NCBI GenBank assembly: GCA_030690945.1
Contig: JAUYFM010000022.1
Location: 1,014-65,013, forward strand
Length of the DNA: 64,000 nucleotides
Reading direction: 5' to 3'
From: Smithellaceae bacterium
Lineage (GTDB): Bacteria; Desulfobacterota; Syntrophia; Syntrophales; Smithellaceae
In this document: positions 40,667-51,751 of the stretch, piece after piece
How the letters are laid out: each line of letters opens with the position of its first letter
Position numbering within the stretch: position 1 is the first letter of the stretch
Position numbers and translations under genes: made by a program
The notes under the pieces: model-generated
Told to the model about the DNA's origin: nothing
The model's database searches: none
What the model saw: the letters and a program-made list of their open reading frames with translations, nothing else

Positions 40667-41512
40667 ATGGAATTTTTCATCAGCGCCTGGCAGCATCTGC
40701 CCTCGCACATCAGTCCCACGCTTTTCAGCATCGGCTCTTTTCAACTGCGATATTACAGCCTCATGTATCTGGTGGCTTTCGCTGTCGTGTATTTCTTGTT
40801 TGCCTACCGGATTAAACGCAAAGAGATTCCATTAACGACGGAAATTTTCCAGGATTACCTGGTCTGGGCGATGGTTGGACTGATTATCGGCGCAAGGTTC
40901 GGTTACGCTCTATTTTACAATTTCAACTACTACATGTCCCATCCGCTCGAAATTATTATACCATTTGATTTTTCTAATGGCTTCCGGTTTGTCGGTTTGA
41001 GCGGCATGTCTTATCACGGTGGCCTGATCGGCGTAGCTTTGGTAACCCTTTTTTTCTGCCGTAAACACAAGATTCGATATTGGCAATTCGGCGACTGGTT
41101 GTGCGCGGCAGCACCCCTGGGTTACATGTTCGGCAGGTTCGGCAATTTCATCAACGGCGAACTTTGGGGCCGTGTGACCACGGTGCCGTGGGGAATGTAT
41201 TTTCCGCTGGATGCGACACAGAGTCTGCGCCATCCGTCACAGCTTTACGAAGCCCTGTTCGAGGGTCTATTTCTATTTGTCATCCTGTGGTTGCTGCGTA
41301 AGCGAAATCCCTTCGACGGCTTCATGATCGGCCTTTATATTTTCGGATACGGTCTGGTGCGCTTCATTATCGAGTTTTTCCGTGAGCCGGATGCACACCT
41401 GGGGCTTGTTCTGGCATTCAACACGATGGGACAAGTCCTGTGTATAGTCATGATGCTGGCGGGTATTGCCATCATACTCTGGCGTAAACAATCTTCCTCT
41501 TTATTGAAATAA
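40667..41512 (+). CDS. lgt: Prolipoprotein diacylglyceryl transferase
   Basis: LRYYSLMYL, HGGLIG, FGRxGNFINGELWG and HPSQLYE motifs. Confidence 0.93.
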   Translation: MEFFISAWQHLPSHISPTLFSIGSFQLRYYSLMYLVAFAVVYFLFAYRIKRKEIPLTTEIFQDYLVWAMVGLIIGARFGYALFYNFNYYMSHPLEIIIPFDFSNGFRFVGLSGMSYHGGLIGVALVTLFFCRKHKIRYWQFGDWLCAAAPLGYMFGRFGNFINGELWGRVTTVPWGMYFPLDATQSLRHPSQLYEALFEGLFLFVILWLLRKRNPFDGFMIGLYIFGYGLVRFIIEFFREPDAHLGLVLAFNTMGQVLCIVMMLAGIAIILWRKQSSSLLK

Positions 41513-41525
41513 ATCAGGAGGTTTT

Positions 41526-42857
41526 ATGGGAAAGAATCTGGTGATCGTCGGTGGCGGCGCGGGCGGAGGCTCAACGGCCGCCGAAGCGAAACGAAACGAT
41601 CCATCTCTGCGGATTACGATGGTGGAACAAGGAAAATTTGTCGCGGTTGCCGCCTGACCGATGCCCTATTACATCGGCGATGTAATCAAAGATCAAGGCA
41701 AACTGATCGCGCGCACGCCGGAAAAGTTCCAAGAAGGCGGTATCGACGTTTGGCTCCAGACGCGCGTGGTCGGTGTTGATCCGACAAAAGATATTGTCGA
41801 ACTTCAGGATAACCGTCGCATACCCTACGACTTTCTGGTGGTGGCTACGGGCACATCCGCGTTTGTGCCGGATATGCCGGGACTCACTCTACCCGGCGTT
41901 TTTTCGCTTCGGAATCTTGAAGACGCCATCGCCATCAAAACCTGGCTTAAAGAAAAAAGCGCCAACCGTGTTGTGATCATTGGCGGCGGTTTCATCGGCC
42001 TGGAAATGAGTGAAGCGCTCCATGCCGCGGGCATTCATACCACCATCATCCACAAGGACGCGCTGCCGGCCAACCGCTGGGACGCTGCCCTGTCGGCCAT
42101 TATGCTTGAGGAGCTTCAAGCCCACGGCGTGGAATTTGTAGCCAACGCCACAGCACAATCCATCGAAAAGGGAAAAAGCGCGCCGCTTCGCGTCACGACG
42201 GATAAAGGCGAATATGAAGGCGATCTGGTCCTGCTGGCTATCGGCGTCCGGCCTGACGCGCGTCTGGCAAAATCGGCGGGTTTGAAAATCGGTCAATCCG
42301 GCGCGATTGCCGTCAATTTTGCCCAGCAGACATCCATCGAAAATATCTATGCGGTGGGCGATTGCTGCGAATCGTTTCACAAGGTCAGCCGCCGCTGGGT
42401 AAACATTCCACTGGGTGACATTGCCAACAAACAGGGCCGCGTTGCCGGACGCAACATCGGCGGCAAACCACTCACCTTTGACGGCATCGTCGGCGCACAG
42501 TCCTTCCGGCTGTTTAATCTGGAATGTGCGGCCACGGGACTATCGGAACAAGAGGCGGTCGCGGCAGGTTACTCGCCGGCAAGCAATATCACCTGGGGCA
42601 GCGCGATGGCGCCTTCTCTGGGCGTGAGAAAAATCGGCCTGAAATTGATTGCCGACCGGTCATCGGGAAAATTGCTGGGCGCGCAGGCTGTTGGCTTTGC
42701 CGGAGCTGTGGGACGGATCAACGTCCTTTCCGTCGCGCTGTGGACGGGTCTGGGCCTTGATCAAATCGGTTATATTGATCTTGCTTACGCCCCGCCGTTC
42801 AGCGCGGCATGGGACATTATTCATACCGCGGCTCAGGCGCTGCGCCGCACATTATAA
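41526..42857 (+). CDS. CoA-disulfide reductase / NADH oxidase family flavoprotein with in-frame TGA (probable selenocysteine) at 41655-41657
   Basis: AGGAGG at 41516-41521 and ATG at 41526. The N-terminal piece carries VIVGGGAGGGSTA (FAD fold). The TGA lies in ...FVAVAA-TGA-PMPYYIG, the position of the active-site Cys (xxCGxPYY) in this family. The frame is the same on both sides, and a hairpin sits 10 nt downstream. Confidence 0.75.
41658..41686 (+). promoter_or_regulatory. SECIS-like stem-loop immediately 3' of the TGA
   Basis: ATTACATC-GGC-GATGTAAT (41668-41686) forms 7-8 bp with G residues in the apical loop. The stem starts 10 nt after the UGA. The competing hairpin is CCGATG...CATCGG (41658-41677). 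Confidence 0.5.
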
Positions 42858-42872
42858 AAGGATGTGACATCA

Positions 42873-43079
42873 ATGATTTTGTGGTGGGTTTTCTTCGCGG
42901 TCTTTGTTGTTGCCATGCTGGTGCTGGATCTGGGCATTATCAATCGCAAAAGCCATGTGATAAAAATAAAAGAAGCCCTATTGTGGACGTCGTTCTGGGT
43001 GATGCTCGCGCTCATCAATACCTTCAAAGGTGAAGTGCCTCCGGCAAAGATGAAGGAGGGGCATCTTTATGCAAACTGA
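42873..43079 (+). pseudogene. Truncated TerC/Alx-family membrane protein remnant
   Basis: MILWWVFFAVFVVAMLVLDLGIINRKSHVIKIKEALLWTSFWVMLALI matches the TerC N-terminus. After about 50 aa the frame turns hydrophilic and stops, overlapping the next gene start. Confidence 0.5.
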
Positions 43080-43857
43080 GCTTTCCAGCGCTTCACAAAC
43101 CCAGTTGAAAAAATGGGCTAGGCTTACCGAAACCAAAGCGCGGCGGGCAGAAGGAGTTTTTCTGGTCGAAGGCGTAAAGGTTGTAGAGGAGCTATTATCG
43201 AGTGACGGGCAAACAGAAGCCATTTTGGTATTGCCGGAAAAAATCAAAGACTGGGAGGGGCTGGTGGATAAGGCAGATAACAATATACCGATTTATTCGA
43301 TCCCCCGCTCTCAGTGGAAGAAACTCAGCCAGGATAAGGAACCGGAAGGGATAATGGCTGTAGTCCAAATCAAGCCGGAACTGGATTGGACTACCTTTTT
43401 ATCCACGCGCCCTGGAAATACCTTAATTCTTCATGAGACAAACAACCCCGGCAACGTCGGAGCGTTGATGCGCAGCGCACTGTGGTTTGGTTTTAGCAAC
43501 ATAATTTTAAGCGCCAACTCCGCCGATTACACGAACCCCAAAACTGTCCGTGCCTCGATGGGCAGCCTTTTTCATTTGACTATTGTCTCTGATGTTGATT
43601 TAAGAGAGGCACTGCCGCAAATAAAAAAGCATCATTATCTTGTGGGCAGCGATGTGCGCCAGGGACTACCGCCGCGCCCGCTGCCACAAAAAGCAGCTCT
43701 GCTTTTAGGCAGTGAGAGTCATGGCCTGCCGGAGTATTTATTGGCGTTTGCCGATGAGCGCTGGTGCATACCCGGTAATGCTCGGACGGATTCTTTGAGC
43801 CTACCGCAAGCAGCAACAATTATGATGTATGAGATGGGAAAAAGATTTAAGATTTAA
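43069..43857 (+). CDS. TrmH/SpoU-family RNA 2'-O-methyltransferase
   Basis: NPGNVGALMRSA, LLLGSESHGLP and SLSLPQAATIMMYE motifs. Confidence 0.85.
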   Translation: MQTELSSASQTQLKKWARLTETKARRAEGVFLVEGVKVVEELLSSDGQTEAILVLPEKIKDWEGLVDKADNNIPIYSIPRSQWKKLSQDKEPEGIMAVVQIKPELDWTTFLSTRPGNTLILHETNNPGNVGALMRSALWFGFSNIILSANSADYTNPKTVRASMGSLFHLTIVSDVDLREALPQIKKHHYLVGSDVRQGLPPRPLPQKAALLLGSESHGLPEYLLAFADERWCIPGNARTDSLSLPQAATIMMYEMGKRFKI

Positions 43858-43874
43858 GTTTTAAGGAAGAACAA

Positions 43875-44207
43875 ATGATATCATACATTCAAGTGACGAC
43901 CACCACGGAAACCAAGGAGCAGGCGCAAACACTCGCTCAACATCTGGTGGAGACAAAGCTGGCTGCCTGTGTGCAGATTACCGGTCCCATTACCAGCATC
44001 TATCGGTGGAAGGGCAAAGTGGAAAAAACGCAGGAGTGGTTCTGCCTGATCAAAACAAGGGATAATTTTTACAATAAAGTGGAAGCCGTGATTAAAAACC
44101 TGCACCCTTATGAAACAGCGGAGATTATAGCCGTACCGATTGTTAAAGGCAGCAAAGAATATGTGCGCTGGATTGATGACGCGTTAGAGAAGACAACTAA
44201 AGACTAA
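43875..44207 (+). CDS. cutA: Divalent-cation tolerance protein CutA
   Basis: 110 aa; LAACVQI...SIYRWKGKVE...E...IKT pattern. Confidence 0.85.
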   Translation: MISYIQVTTTTETKEQAQTLAQHLVETKLAACVQITGPITSIYRWKGKVEKTQEWFCLIKTRDNFYNKVEAVIKNLHPYETAEIIAVPIVKGSKEYVRWIDDALEKTTKD

Positions 44208-44366
44208 AGTATGCTGAAAAATTAGAAAAGCAGCAACATTTTCTACGATTCGCCTGCTTAATTAATGGGTATCCTTGTTCTGCTGAAGAACGAAATATGA
44301 TTACTCAACTGGAAAGCATATTTCTTAACAAATAGCGTAGACTAATACAATTGATCAGGAGTCAAC

Positions 44367-47048
44367 ATGCAGGAAATCAACAATATAAAATTTCATAGTT
44401 TTAGTGTCGGCGAAGCGTTTACCCGGTTGGGTTCAACAGAGGCAGGATTGTCGGAGGAAAAATCCAACGAACGAATTGACACCTTTGGATTCAATGAAAT
44501 TACCGAAACGAAAAAAGATCCGGCATGGAAGAAGCTACTAGGGCAGTTTGCTAATTTGCTGATCATGATTCTGATAATTGCGTCAATCATCTCGGCTTTG
44601 ATGGGCGATACTATCGAAGCGATATCGATTGTTGTCATTGTGCTCTTGGCCGGGATATTGGGTTTTGTACAGGAATATCAGGCACAGAAGGCAATTGAAT
44701 CACTCAAGAAAATGGCGGCGCACAAGGCGCTGGTACTGCGCAACGGCATGGAGCACTTGATTGAAGCACGGTTGCTGGCGCCTGGGGATGTTGTGGTACT
44801 CAAGACGGGCGACACGATTCCGGCGGATGCCCGTTTGATCGAAGCGGCCAACCTTACGCTGGAGGAGGCGGTGCTTACGGGTGAATCGCAGGGCGTTGTT
44901 AAGAATGCCGGGATGACCTTTCCTGAAAATTGTGCGGTGGGTGACTGCCTCAATATGGTTTATGCAGGAACCGCTGTGTCCAACGGACGTGGTAAGGCGC
45001 TGATTTGCGCAACAGGTTCGCACACTGAATTCGGCAAAATTGCCGAGATGCTGAAGAAGGAACCGGAGAAGAAAACCCCTTTGCAGAAGAATCTCGATGC
45101 ACTGGGCAGCCGGATCGGCATCTTTGCTTTGGTGGTTGCCGTCACAATGAGCGCAGCCGGAATATTAAAAGGATACGAGTTGGTAAAGATGTTCATCTGG
45201 GGCGTTGCCCTGGCGGTGGCCGTCATTCCGGAAGCGTTGCCGGCGGTGGTAACCATTTCTCTGGCGCTGGGGGTGCGCCGTATGGTGAAACGCCGCGCCC
45301 TGGTTCGCAAACTGCCGGCGGTGGAAACGCTCGGTGCTGTTAATATCATCTGCAGTGACAAAACCGGCACGCTCACCGAAGATCAGATGACGGTGCGCCG
45401 TATTTATGTTGACGGCAAGATTGTGTCCGTTACAGGCGCTGGATATGATCCGGTAGGTGAGCTGAAGTGCAATGAGGTGGCGTATGACAACGACAATGCT
45501 GCCCTTGCGCAACTCATGCAGATCGGTTCGCTGTGCAACGACTCACATCTGATTAAAAAAGACAAGTGGGTGATTACCGGTGATCCTACCGAAGGCGCGC
45601 TGGTAGTGTTGGCTGCAAAAGCCGGTTTGAATAGCGATGCGCAGCGGGGTCATATCTCACGTATCGCCGAGGATCCGTTTACCTCGGAAAAAAAGCGCAT
45701 GACCACCTACCACTCAATTAATAACGAAACTTTTGCTTACAGCAAGGGCGCCGGAGAAGTAATGCTTGGTTGTTCAACGCAAATCATGACAGCGCAGGGC
45801 ATCATTGCGATCACCGATGAAACAAGGATGCATTTACAAAACGTGATCAGGCAATTTGCCGAAGATTCGCTCCGCATAATCGGATTTGCTTATAAGAAGA
45901 TAGAATCTTTTACGAAAGCGCAGCCGGAAGAGGGGATGATACTTGTCGGATTTGTGGGTATGATCGATCCGCCGCGCGCCGAGGTCTTTGCAGCGATCCG
46001 TCGCTGTGAAAGCGCCGGCATCCGTCCGGTAATGATCACGGGCGATCATAAAATTACCGCCGTAGCGATTGCGCGGGAGATTGGCATATTGAAAGACGGC
46101 AGCGCCTATTCCGGTGAGGAAATCGAACAGATGAGTGATGAGACCTTCAACCGCATTGTCAACGAGGCAAATGTTTTTGCCCGCATTTCACCGGCGCACA
46201 AGTACCGCATCGTTGAAGCGTTGATGGCACAGGGCAACATTGTAGCAATGACCGGTGACGGCGTTAATGACGCACCGACGCTCAAGAAAGCCAATATCGG
46301 CATCGCAATGGGAATCACCGGAACGGACGTAAGCAAGGAAGCAAGCGACATGATTCTCACGGATGATAATTTTGCTTCGATCGTTTCGGCAGTGGAAGAG
46401 GGGCGAACAATATTTGAGAATATCAGAAAATATTTGGTGTATCTGCTCAGCGGAAATATGGGAACGGTGATTGGCATCATAATCGCAATGGTTGCGGGAC
46501 TTCCTCTGCCGCTGACTGCAGTGCAGATATTGTTTATCAATTTTGTCATGGATGGACTGGTGGCCATTGCTCTGGGTGTTGAAGCACCGGAGCCGGGAAT
46601 CATGGACAAGAAACCGCGTGCGGTTAAAGAAGGCATATTAAACACTTCTGCATTGTCAGAAATTTTCCTCGCCGGGGTGTGGATTGCTCTCCTGACAACA
46701 ACGGTTTACGCATATGCGCTGCATACCGGCGCGAGTGATCTAAAGGCCGGTACGATGTTTTTCACCGCACTGGTGTTTGCGCGACTGGTAAACGGTTTTG
46801 CCTGTCGCTCGTTGCATCAGAGCATTTTCATTATGCATCCGTTTTCCAATCTTGCGCTTGTGGCTAGTGTACTCGTTACAATAATAATGGTTATTGGTAT
46901 GATTCATCTGCCGGCACTGCAGGTCGCATTTGGCCTGACAGCTCTTGTAAATTTTGACTGGCTGCTGGTGACGCTGCTGCCGCTGACGCTCCTCGTATTT
47001 ACTGAAGTGGTAAAGTTGATCAAGCGTAGAATTACGAGGGGGAAATAA
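44367..47048 (+). CDS. Cation-transporting P-type ATPase (P2-type, Ca2+/Mg2+-like)
   Basis: [19 protein letters not shown] and TGDGVNDAP motifs with 10-TM-like hydrophobic blocks. Confidence 0.93.
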   Translation: MQEINNIKFHSFSVGEAFTRLGSTEAGLSEEKSNERIDTFGFNEITETKKDPAWKKLLGQFANLLIMILIIASIISALMGDTIEAISIVVIVLLAGILGFVQEYQAQKAIESLKKMAAHKALVLRNGMEHLIEARLLAPGDVVVLKTGDTIPADARLIEAANLTLEEAVLTGESQGVVKNAGMTFPENCAVGDCLNMVYAGTAVSNGRGKALICATGSHTEFGKIAEMLKKEPEKKTPLQKNLDALGSRIGIFALVVAVTMSAAGILKGYELVKMFIWGVALAVAVIPEALPAVVTISLALGVRRMVKRRALVRKLPAVETLGAVNIICSDKTGTLTEDQMTVRRIYVDGKIVSVTGAGYDPVGELKCNEVAYDNDNAALAQLMQIGSLCNDSHLIKKDKWVITGDPTEGALVVLAAKAGLNSDAQRGHISRIAEDPFTSEKKRMTTYHSINNETFAYSKGAGEVMLGCSTQIMTAQGIIAITDETRMHLQNVIRQFAEDSLRIIGFAYKKIESFTKAQPEEGMILVGFVGMIDPPRAEVFAAIRRCESAGIRPVMITGDHKITAVAIAREIGILKDGSAYSGEEIEQMSDETFNRIVNEANVFARISPAHKYRIVEALMAQGNIVAMTGDGVNDAPTLKKANIGIAMGITGTDVSKEASDMILTDDNFASIVSAVEEGRTIFENIRKYLVYLLSGNMGTVIGIIIAMVAGLPLPLTAVQILFINFVMDGLVAIALGVEAPEPGIMDKKPRAVKEGILNTSALSEIFLAGVWIALLTTTVYAYALHTGASDLKAGTMFFTALVFARLVNGFACRSLHQSIFIMHPFSNLALVASVLVTIIMVIGMIHLPALQVAFGLTALVNFDWLLVTLLPLTLLVFTEVVKLIKRRITRGK

Positions 47049-47202
47049 GTGGATGGGGCAGATTTATAAAAGGTTAATTTTAAAAATTAGAGGGAGGGTT
47101 TTTTGAGAAACATTGTTACTATCTCCTTCTATCCTGTCAACAGAAAGTTTGTGAAGAATTACATCGGTAGGGCTTTGATTAAAAAATCCGATGGTCTGAC
47201 AA

Positions 47203-47649
47203 ATGACAGAATTACTTGATCCTGGTTATATCGGACTCTTTTTGGCAGCATTTCTTGCTGCAACTGTGCTCCCGTTCAGTTCAGAGGTTCTGTTCAGTAC
47301 CATGCTCTACGGGGATTATGATTTTACACTCTGCCTGCTCTCTGCAGCGGCAGGCAATACTCTGGGGGGTATGAGCAGTTATCTTCTCGGCTTTCTGATA
47401 AAATGGGATTGGCTTGAAAAGTACATGAATATCAGAATGGAAAAAGTGAAATCCCTCCATTCAAAAATTAAAGACCGTATAGCCATTGCCTCTCTTTTAT
47501 GCTGGCTCCCTGTAATTGGTGATCCACTGGCTGTAGCCCTCGGATTTATGAGAGCTCCGGCACTAAAGGTTGTAATATTTATGTTTGCCGGTAAATTTCT
47601 CAGATACTTTGCATGGGGACTTCTTACTCTGAAAATTATAAATTTTTAG
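47203..47649 (+). CDS. YqaA/DedA-related small membrane protein
   Basis: GYIGLFLAAFLAATVLPFSSEVL is a typical YqaA N-terminus. Confidence 0.65.
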   Translation: MTELLDPGYIGLFLAAFLAATVLPFSSEVLFSTMLYGDYDFTLCLLSAAAGNTLGGMSSYLLGFLIKWDWLEKYMNIRMEKVKSLHSKIKDRIAIASLLCWLPVIGDPLAVALGFMRAPALKVVIFMFAGKFLRYFAWGLLTLKIINF

Positions 47650-47829
47650 TGCAATAATTGAATGTTTATTTTATACCATTTCGCTTTCTAAGAATAGTGA
47701 GGTTGCAAGAAGAAGGAGGCAACGAGGCTTATTTTACATACATTGAGAAGGCAGTCGACACTGCCAACAAAGCTAGCCACAGAACGCGAGTTGGCATGAA
47801 TGAACAATCTTTCTTTTTAAGGAGAAAAT

Positions 47830-49887
47830 ATGTCAAGCAAAAATGAGGTAGAGAAAAAGTGCATTAATACCATCCGATTTCTCGCTGCCGACGCCATTGA
47901 AAAAGCCAAATCCGGCCATCCGGGCATGCCGCTCGGCGCGGCGGCGGCGGCTTTTACTTTATGGACAAAACACCTCAAACATAATCCTAAAAATCCTGAA
48001 TGGCCGGATCGCGACCGCGTTGTTCTGTCATCCGGACATGCCTCGATGCTTTTGTACGCTCTCTTGCATTTGACCGGCTATGATCTGTCGCTCGACGATA
48101 TTAAAAATTTCCGCCAGTGGGGCAGCCGCACTCCGGGACATCCTGAATACAAACATACGGCGGGTGTGGAAGTGACCACCGGGCCTTTGGGACAGGGACT
48201 GGCCAACGCTGTCGGCATGGCCATTGCCGAGGCGCATCTGGCGGCGCGGTTCAACAGCGAAGGACAACCCATCGTTGACCATTACACGTATGTTATGGCC
48301 GGAGACGGAGACATGATGGAAGGTGTCGTTGCGGAAGCCTGCGCTTTGGCCGGTCACTTACGGTTAGGCAAACTGATTGTTCTTTATGACGACAATAAAG
48401 TCACTCTCGCCGGTTCCACGGGATTATCCTTTACTGAAAATATCGAAATGCGCTTCAAGTCTTACGGCTGGCAGGTGCAAAAAGTTCAGGACGGCAATGA
48501 TGTCGCCGCCATCGACCGGGCTATTAAAAAAGCTAAAAAAGAAACCGGCAAGCCCTCGCTGATTTGTGTGCAGACGACCATCGGTTACGGCGCGCCCGGC
48601 AAACAAGGCTCCTGCGATGCGCATGGCTCGCCGCTGGGAGAAAAGGAACTGCAAGGCGCGAAAGACACTTGCGCCTGGCCGACCGAAGAGCTCTTCTATG
48701 TTTCCGATGATGTTTGCAAATATTTCCGCAAGGCTGTTTCCCGCGGCAGGAGAAGCGAAAAACTGTGGCTTTCGACACTTTTGGCTTACCGGCAAAAAGA
48801 CGCGTTTCTGGCCGCCCAACTGGAAAGAACGCTCGCAGGCGAACTTCCCGCCGATTGGGAAGCGGCACTCGCCGAATTTCCCGCTGATTCCAAAGATGTC
48901 GCCACCCGCAAAGCCTCTGAAATCGTCATGCAGGCCATTGCGGCCAAAGTCCCGGAACTGGCCGGAGGCTCGGCGGATCTCAATCCCTCAACATTTACCT
49001 GGCTCAAAGGTCTGGGTGATTTCCAAAGTGAGGCTTTGTCCTGCGAAGGCCTGCACGGCATGGTGGGCGGGGCATGGGATTACACGGGACGTAACATCCA
49101 CTTCGGTGTGCGCGAGCATGCGATGGGAGCCATTGCCGTGGGTTTGGCGCTGCACGGCGGTGTGATTCCTTACACGGCAACCTTTCTAACTTTTGCCGAC
49201 TACATGCGCCCGCCCATGCGGCTGGCGGCCCTGATGGGTTTGCGCGCTATTTTTGTTTTCACGCATGATAGTATTGGCGTGGGAGAAGACGGTCCGACGC
49301 ATCAACCCATTGAACAGATCATGAATTTGCGGCAAGTGCCCAATATGACCGTGCTGCGTCCGGCGGATGCCAATGAAACAATCGAAGCCTGGCGGATAGC
49401 CTTAACCAATACCACCGGTCCCACTACGCTGGTTTTCAGCCGTCAGAACTTACCGGTACTGGATCGGCAGGTCTGTGCTTCCGCCACCGGCGTGCGTCAA
49501 GGAGGTTACATCCTATGGGAATCATCGCCGAATCCGGAATTAATTCTGATTGCCACCGGTTCGGAGGTCGCGATGACGCTTTGGGCCGCCCGTAAACTTG
49601 CCGAAGAAGGCGCTAAGGTTCGAGTGGTCTCGCTTCCCAGTTGGGAAATATTCGACCGCCAGCTGCAGGAGTATCGCGATTCCGTATTACCTCCGCAAGT
49701 AACCGCCCGCCTTGCCGTGGAAGCCGGCATCAAGCTTGGCTGGGAACATTATGTGGGACTGACGGGAAAAATTATCGGCATGGAAACCTTCGGCGCGTCC
49801 GCGCCCGGGCCGGTGCTTTATGAAAAATTCGGCTTCACGTCTGCTAACATTGTCGCGGTGGCCAAAGAAATGCTGTCCATTCATTAA
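47830..49887 (+). CDS. tkt: Transketolase
   Basis: [30 protein letters not shown] (ThDP motif) and the C-terminal domain. Confidence 0.96.
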   Translation: MSSKNEVEKKCINTIRFLAADAIEKAKSGHPGMPLGAAAAAFTLWTKHLKHNPKNPEWPDRDRVVLSSGHASMLLYALLHLTGYDLSLDDIKNFRQWGSRTPGHPEYKHTAGVEVTTGPLGQGLANAVGMAIAEAHLAARFNSEGQPIVDHYTYVMAGDGDMMEGVVAEACALAGHLRLGKLIVLYDDNKVTLAGSTGLSFTENIEMRFKSYGWQVQKVQDGNDVAAIDRAIKKAKKETGKPSLICVQTTIGYGAPGKQGSCDAHGSPLGEKELQGAKDTCAWPTEELFYVSDDVCKYFRKAVSRGRRSEKLWLSTLLAYRQKDAFLAAQLERTLAGELPADWEAALAEFPADSKDVATRKASEIVMQAIAAKVPELAGGSADLNPSTFTWLKGLGDFQSEALSCEGLHGMVGGAWDYTGRNIHFGVREHAMGAIAVGLALHGGVIPYTATFLTFADYMRPPMRLAALMGLRAIFVFTHDSIGVGEDGPTHQPIEQIMNLRQVPNMTVLRPADANETIEAWRIALTNTTGPTTLVFSRQNLPVLDRQVCASATGVRQGGYILWESSPNPELILIATGSEVAMTLWAARKLAEEGAKVRVVSLPSWEIFDRQLQEYRDSVLPPQVTARLAVEAGIKLGWEHYVGLTGKIIGMETFGASAPGPVLYEKFGFTSANIVAVAKEMLSIH

Positions 49888-49902
49888 CGAAGGAGAAATG
49901 TC

Positions 49903-51597
49903 ATGCAGAAGACAGGTGTTTCTTTTTTACTCGGTCCCTATCAGAGCGCCGTAACCAATGCATTGGAGAAAATGCGCCGCAGCAATATTGTTGCGCGCAT
50001 CTGGGCCAACGATTTCCGCGTCTGGAAACCGGTGCCTGAGGAAATTTCCAATCGACTGGGCTGGTTGCATGCCCCTGTGGAAACGTCCGCAAACGCCGGC
50101 AGAATCCGAACCTCGCTTACGCCTTTCACCAACGGCAGTATTGAAGATGTTGTCCTTTTGGGCATGGGCGGATCGAGTCTGTCGGCGGAAGTTTTCAACA
50201 ACATGTTCGGAAGCGCGCCGGGTTTTCCGAGGCTGCAAGTTCTGGATACAACCGATCCAGTGACTATCCTCGGCGTGGCTGAAAAACTCAACCTGGAGAA
50301 AACGCTTTTTATTGTTTCTTCAAAATCGGGATCGACTCTGGAAATCATTTCGCTCTTTAATTATTTTTACAACTTAACCGACGAAAAACAGGGGATTTCG
50401 GCCAACGAGCATTTTATGTTCATTACCGATGAAGGCAGTCCGATGCTTGAGCAGGCCTGGCAATTGCAGCTTCCATATATTTTTTCCAACAATCCCAATA
50501 TCGGCGGCCGCTATTCGGCGCTTTCCCTGGTGGGAATGATACCCGCGGCATTAATTGGCGTGCAGATCGAAAAACTGCTGCAAAGCGCGGTGGGGGCCGC
50601 CAGGCAGGAAAAAACTGATTTCTTTTCCGGCAAAGGCGATTCCACCGGATGTCTTTTAGGCGCCGCTTTGGGAATACTGGCGCAGTACGGCCGCGATAAG
50701 CTCACGTTGATGCTTCCGCCGTCCTGGAGCTCTTTTGGTGATTGGCTGGAACAACTAATTGCAGAGAGCACCGGCAAAGAGGGCAAGGGAATTCTGCCGG
50801 TATTGAACGAACCGCAGATGGACGTAAGCGCTTACGGGAAAGACCGGGTCTTTGTCATTTTTCATCATGACCGGGACGAATGGAATTCACGGATAACCCA
50901 ACTGGCGAGCGCCGGGCATCCCATCTTGAAAATTCGGATTAGCGATGTCTATGATCTGGGCGGTCAAATGTTTCTGTGGGAAATGGCGACGGTTGTCGCT
51001 GCTCATCTCATGGGAATCAACCCATTTGATCAACCGGATGTCGAAGCGACCAAAAAGCACACGAACCGGATGATTGCGGAACTCAAAAACAATGAGGCGT
51101 GGTCAAAGATGCAGCCCGCGCAGACTTTCGGCGACTGTTATGTTTACGGCGATATTTCCGGGACGACCGTTTCCGAAGCGCTGACACAATTTCTAACGCC
51201 CGCGGCGGCAAACGCTTATGTGGGGTTGCAGGTTTATTTAAGTCCGTCACCGCAGATCGACAAAGCGCTGGGAGAGTTGCGGGCCGCGATTTCTCGTAAA
51301 TATGGGATAGCCGTAACGGTCGGCTACGGACCCCGCTACCTGCATTCGGCAGGCCAGTTACATAAAGGAGATGCCGGCCGCGGCCTGTTTATTCAGCTGA
51401 CCGGCAGAAACAAGAGGGATATTGAGATTCCCGATGCTCTTGGCAAATCCGACTCGTCGCTGACCTTCGGGCAGCTCAAGGCCTCGCAGGCCGAAGCGGA
51501 CAGGCTTGCGCTCACGGATAAAGGCCGCAAGATTATCCGCATCCACTGGAAAAAAGATGCTGCCGCCGGATTAAGAACTCTGGCTGCCAATCTTTAG
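49903..51597 (+). CDS. pgi: Glucose-6-phosphate isomerase (PGI/SIS type resembling the PGI half of transaldolase-PGI fusions)
   Basis: VLLGMGGSSL and FIVSSKSGSTLE SIS motifs; GGRYS. Confidence 0.75.
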   Translation: MQKTGVSFLLGPYQSAVTNALEKMRRSNIVARIWANDFRVWKPVPEEISNRLGWLHAPVETSANAGRIRTSLTPFTNGSIEDVVLLGMGGSSLSAEVFNNMFGSAPGFPRLQVLDTTDPVTILGVAEKLNLEKTLFIVSSKSGSTLEIISLFNYFYNLTDEKQGISANEHFMFITDEGSPMLEQAWQLQLPYIFSNNPNIGGRYSALSLVGMIPAALIGVQIEKLLQSAVGAARQEKTDFFSGKGDSTGCLLGAALGILAQYGRDKLTLMLPPSWSSFGDWLEQLIAESTGKEGKGILPVLNEPQMDVSAYGKDRVFVIFHHDRDEWNSRITQLASAGHPILKIRISDVYDLGGQMFLWEMATVVAAHLMGINPFDQPDVEATKKHTNRMIAELKNNEAWSKMQPAQTFGDCYVYGDISGTTVSEALTQFLTPAAANAYVGLQVYLSPSPQIDKALGELRAAISRKYGIAVTVGYGPRYLHSAGQLHKGDAGRGLFIQLTGRNKRDIEIPDALGKSDSSLTFGQLKASQAEADRLALTDKGRKIIRIHWKKDAAAGLRTLAANL

Positions 51598-51740
51598 CAG
51601 GCTGTTCAAATACCCTAAAGGGCACGCGAAGACTTAGAGGCAAGACGCGCGAGGGTCGAGCAGCGGAGCGTACTTTGAGAGTACGTGAGCATGCGAGATC
51701 CGAAGCGTAACGCAGCACATGAGCCTTTTTCAACAGCCTG
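51598..51740. repeat. Imperfect palindromic spacer between convergent genes
   Basis: CAGGCTGTTcAAA (51598-51610) pairs with TTTcAACAGCCTG (51728-51740). The central hairpin is CGTAC-tttgaga-GTACG. Confidence 0.5.
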
Positions 51741-51751
51741 TTAGTCTGTCA

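Noticed and set aside
47658-47846. 62-aa ORF upstream of tkt.
   Set aside because: It has a non-ATG start, no RBS and no recognisable motif, and it overlaps the tkt start region.
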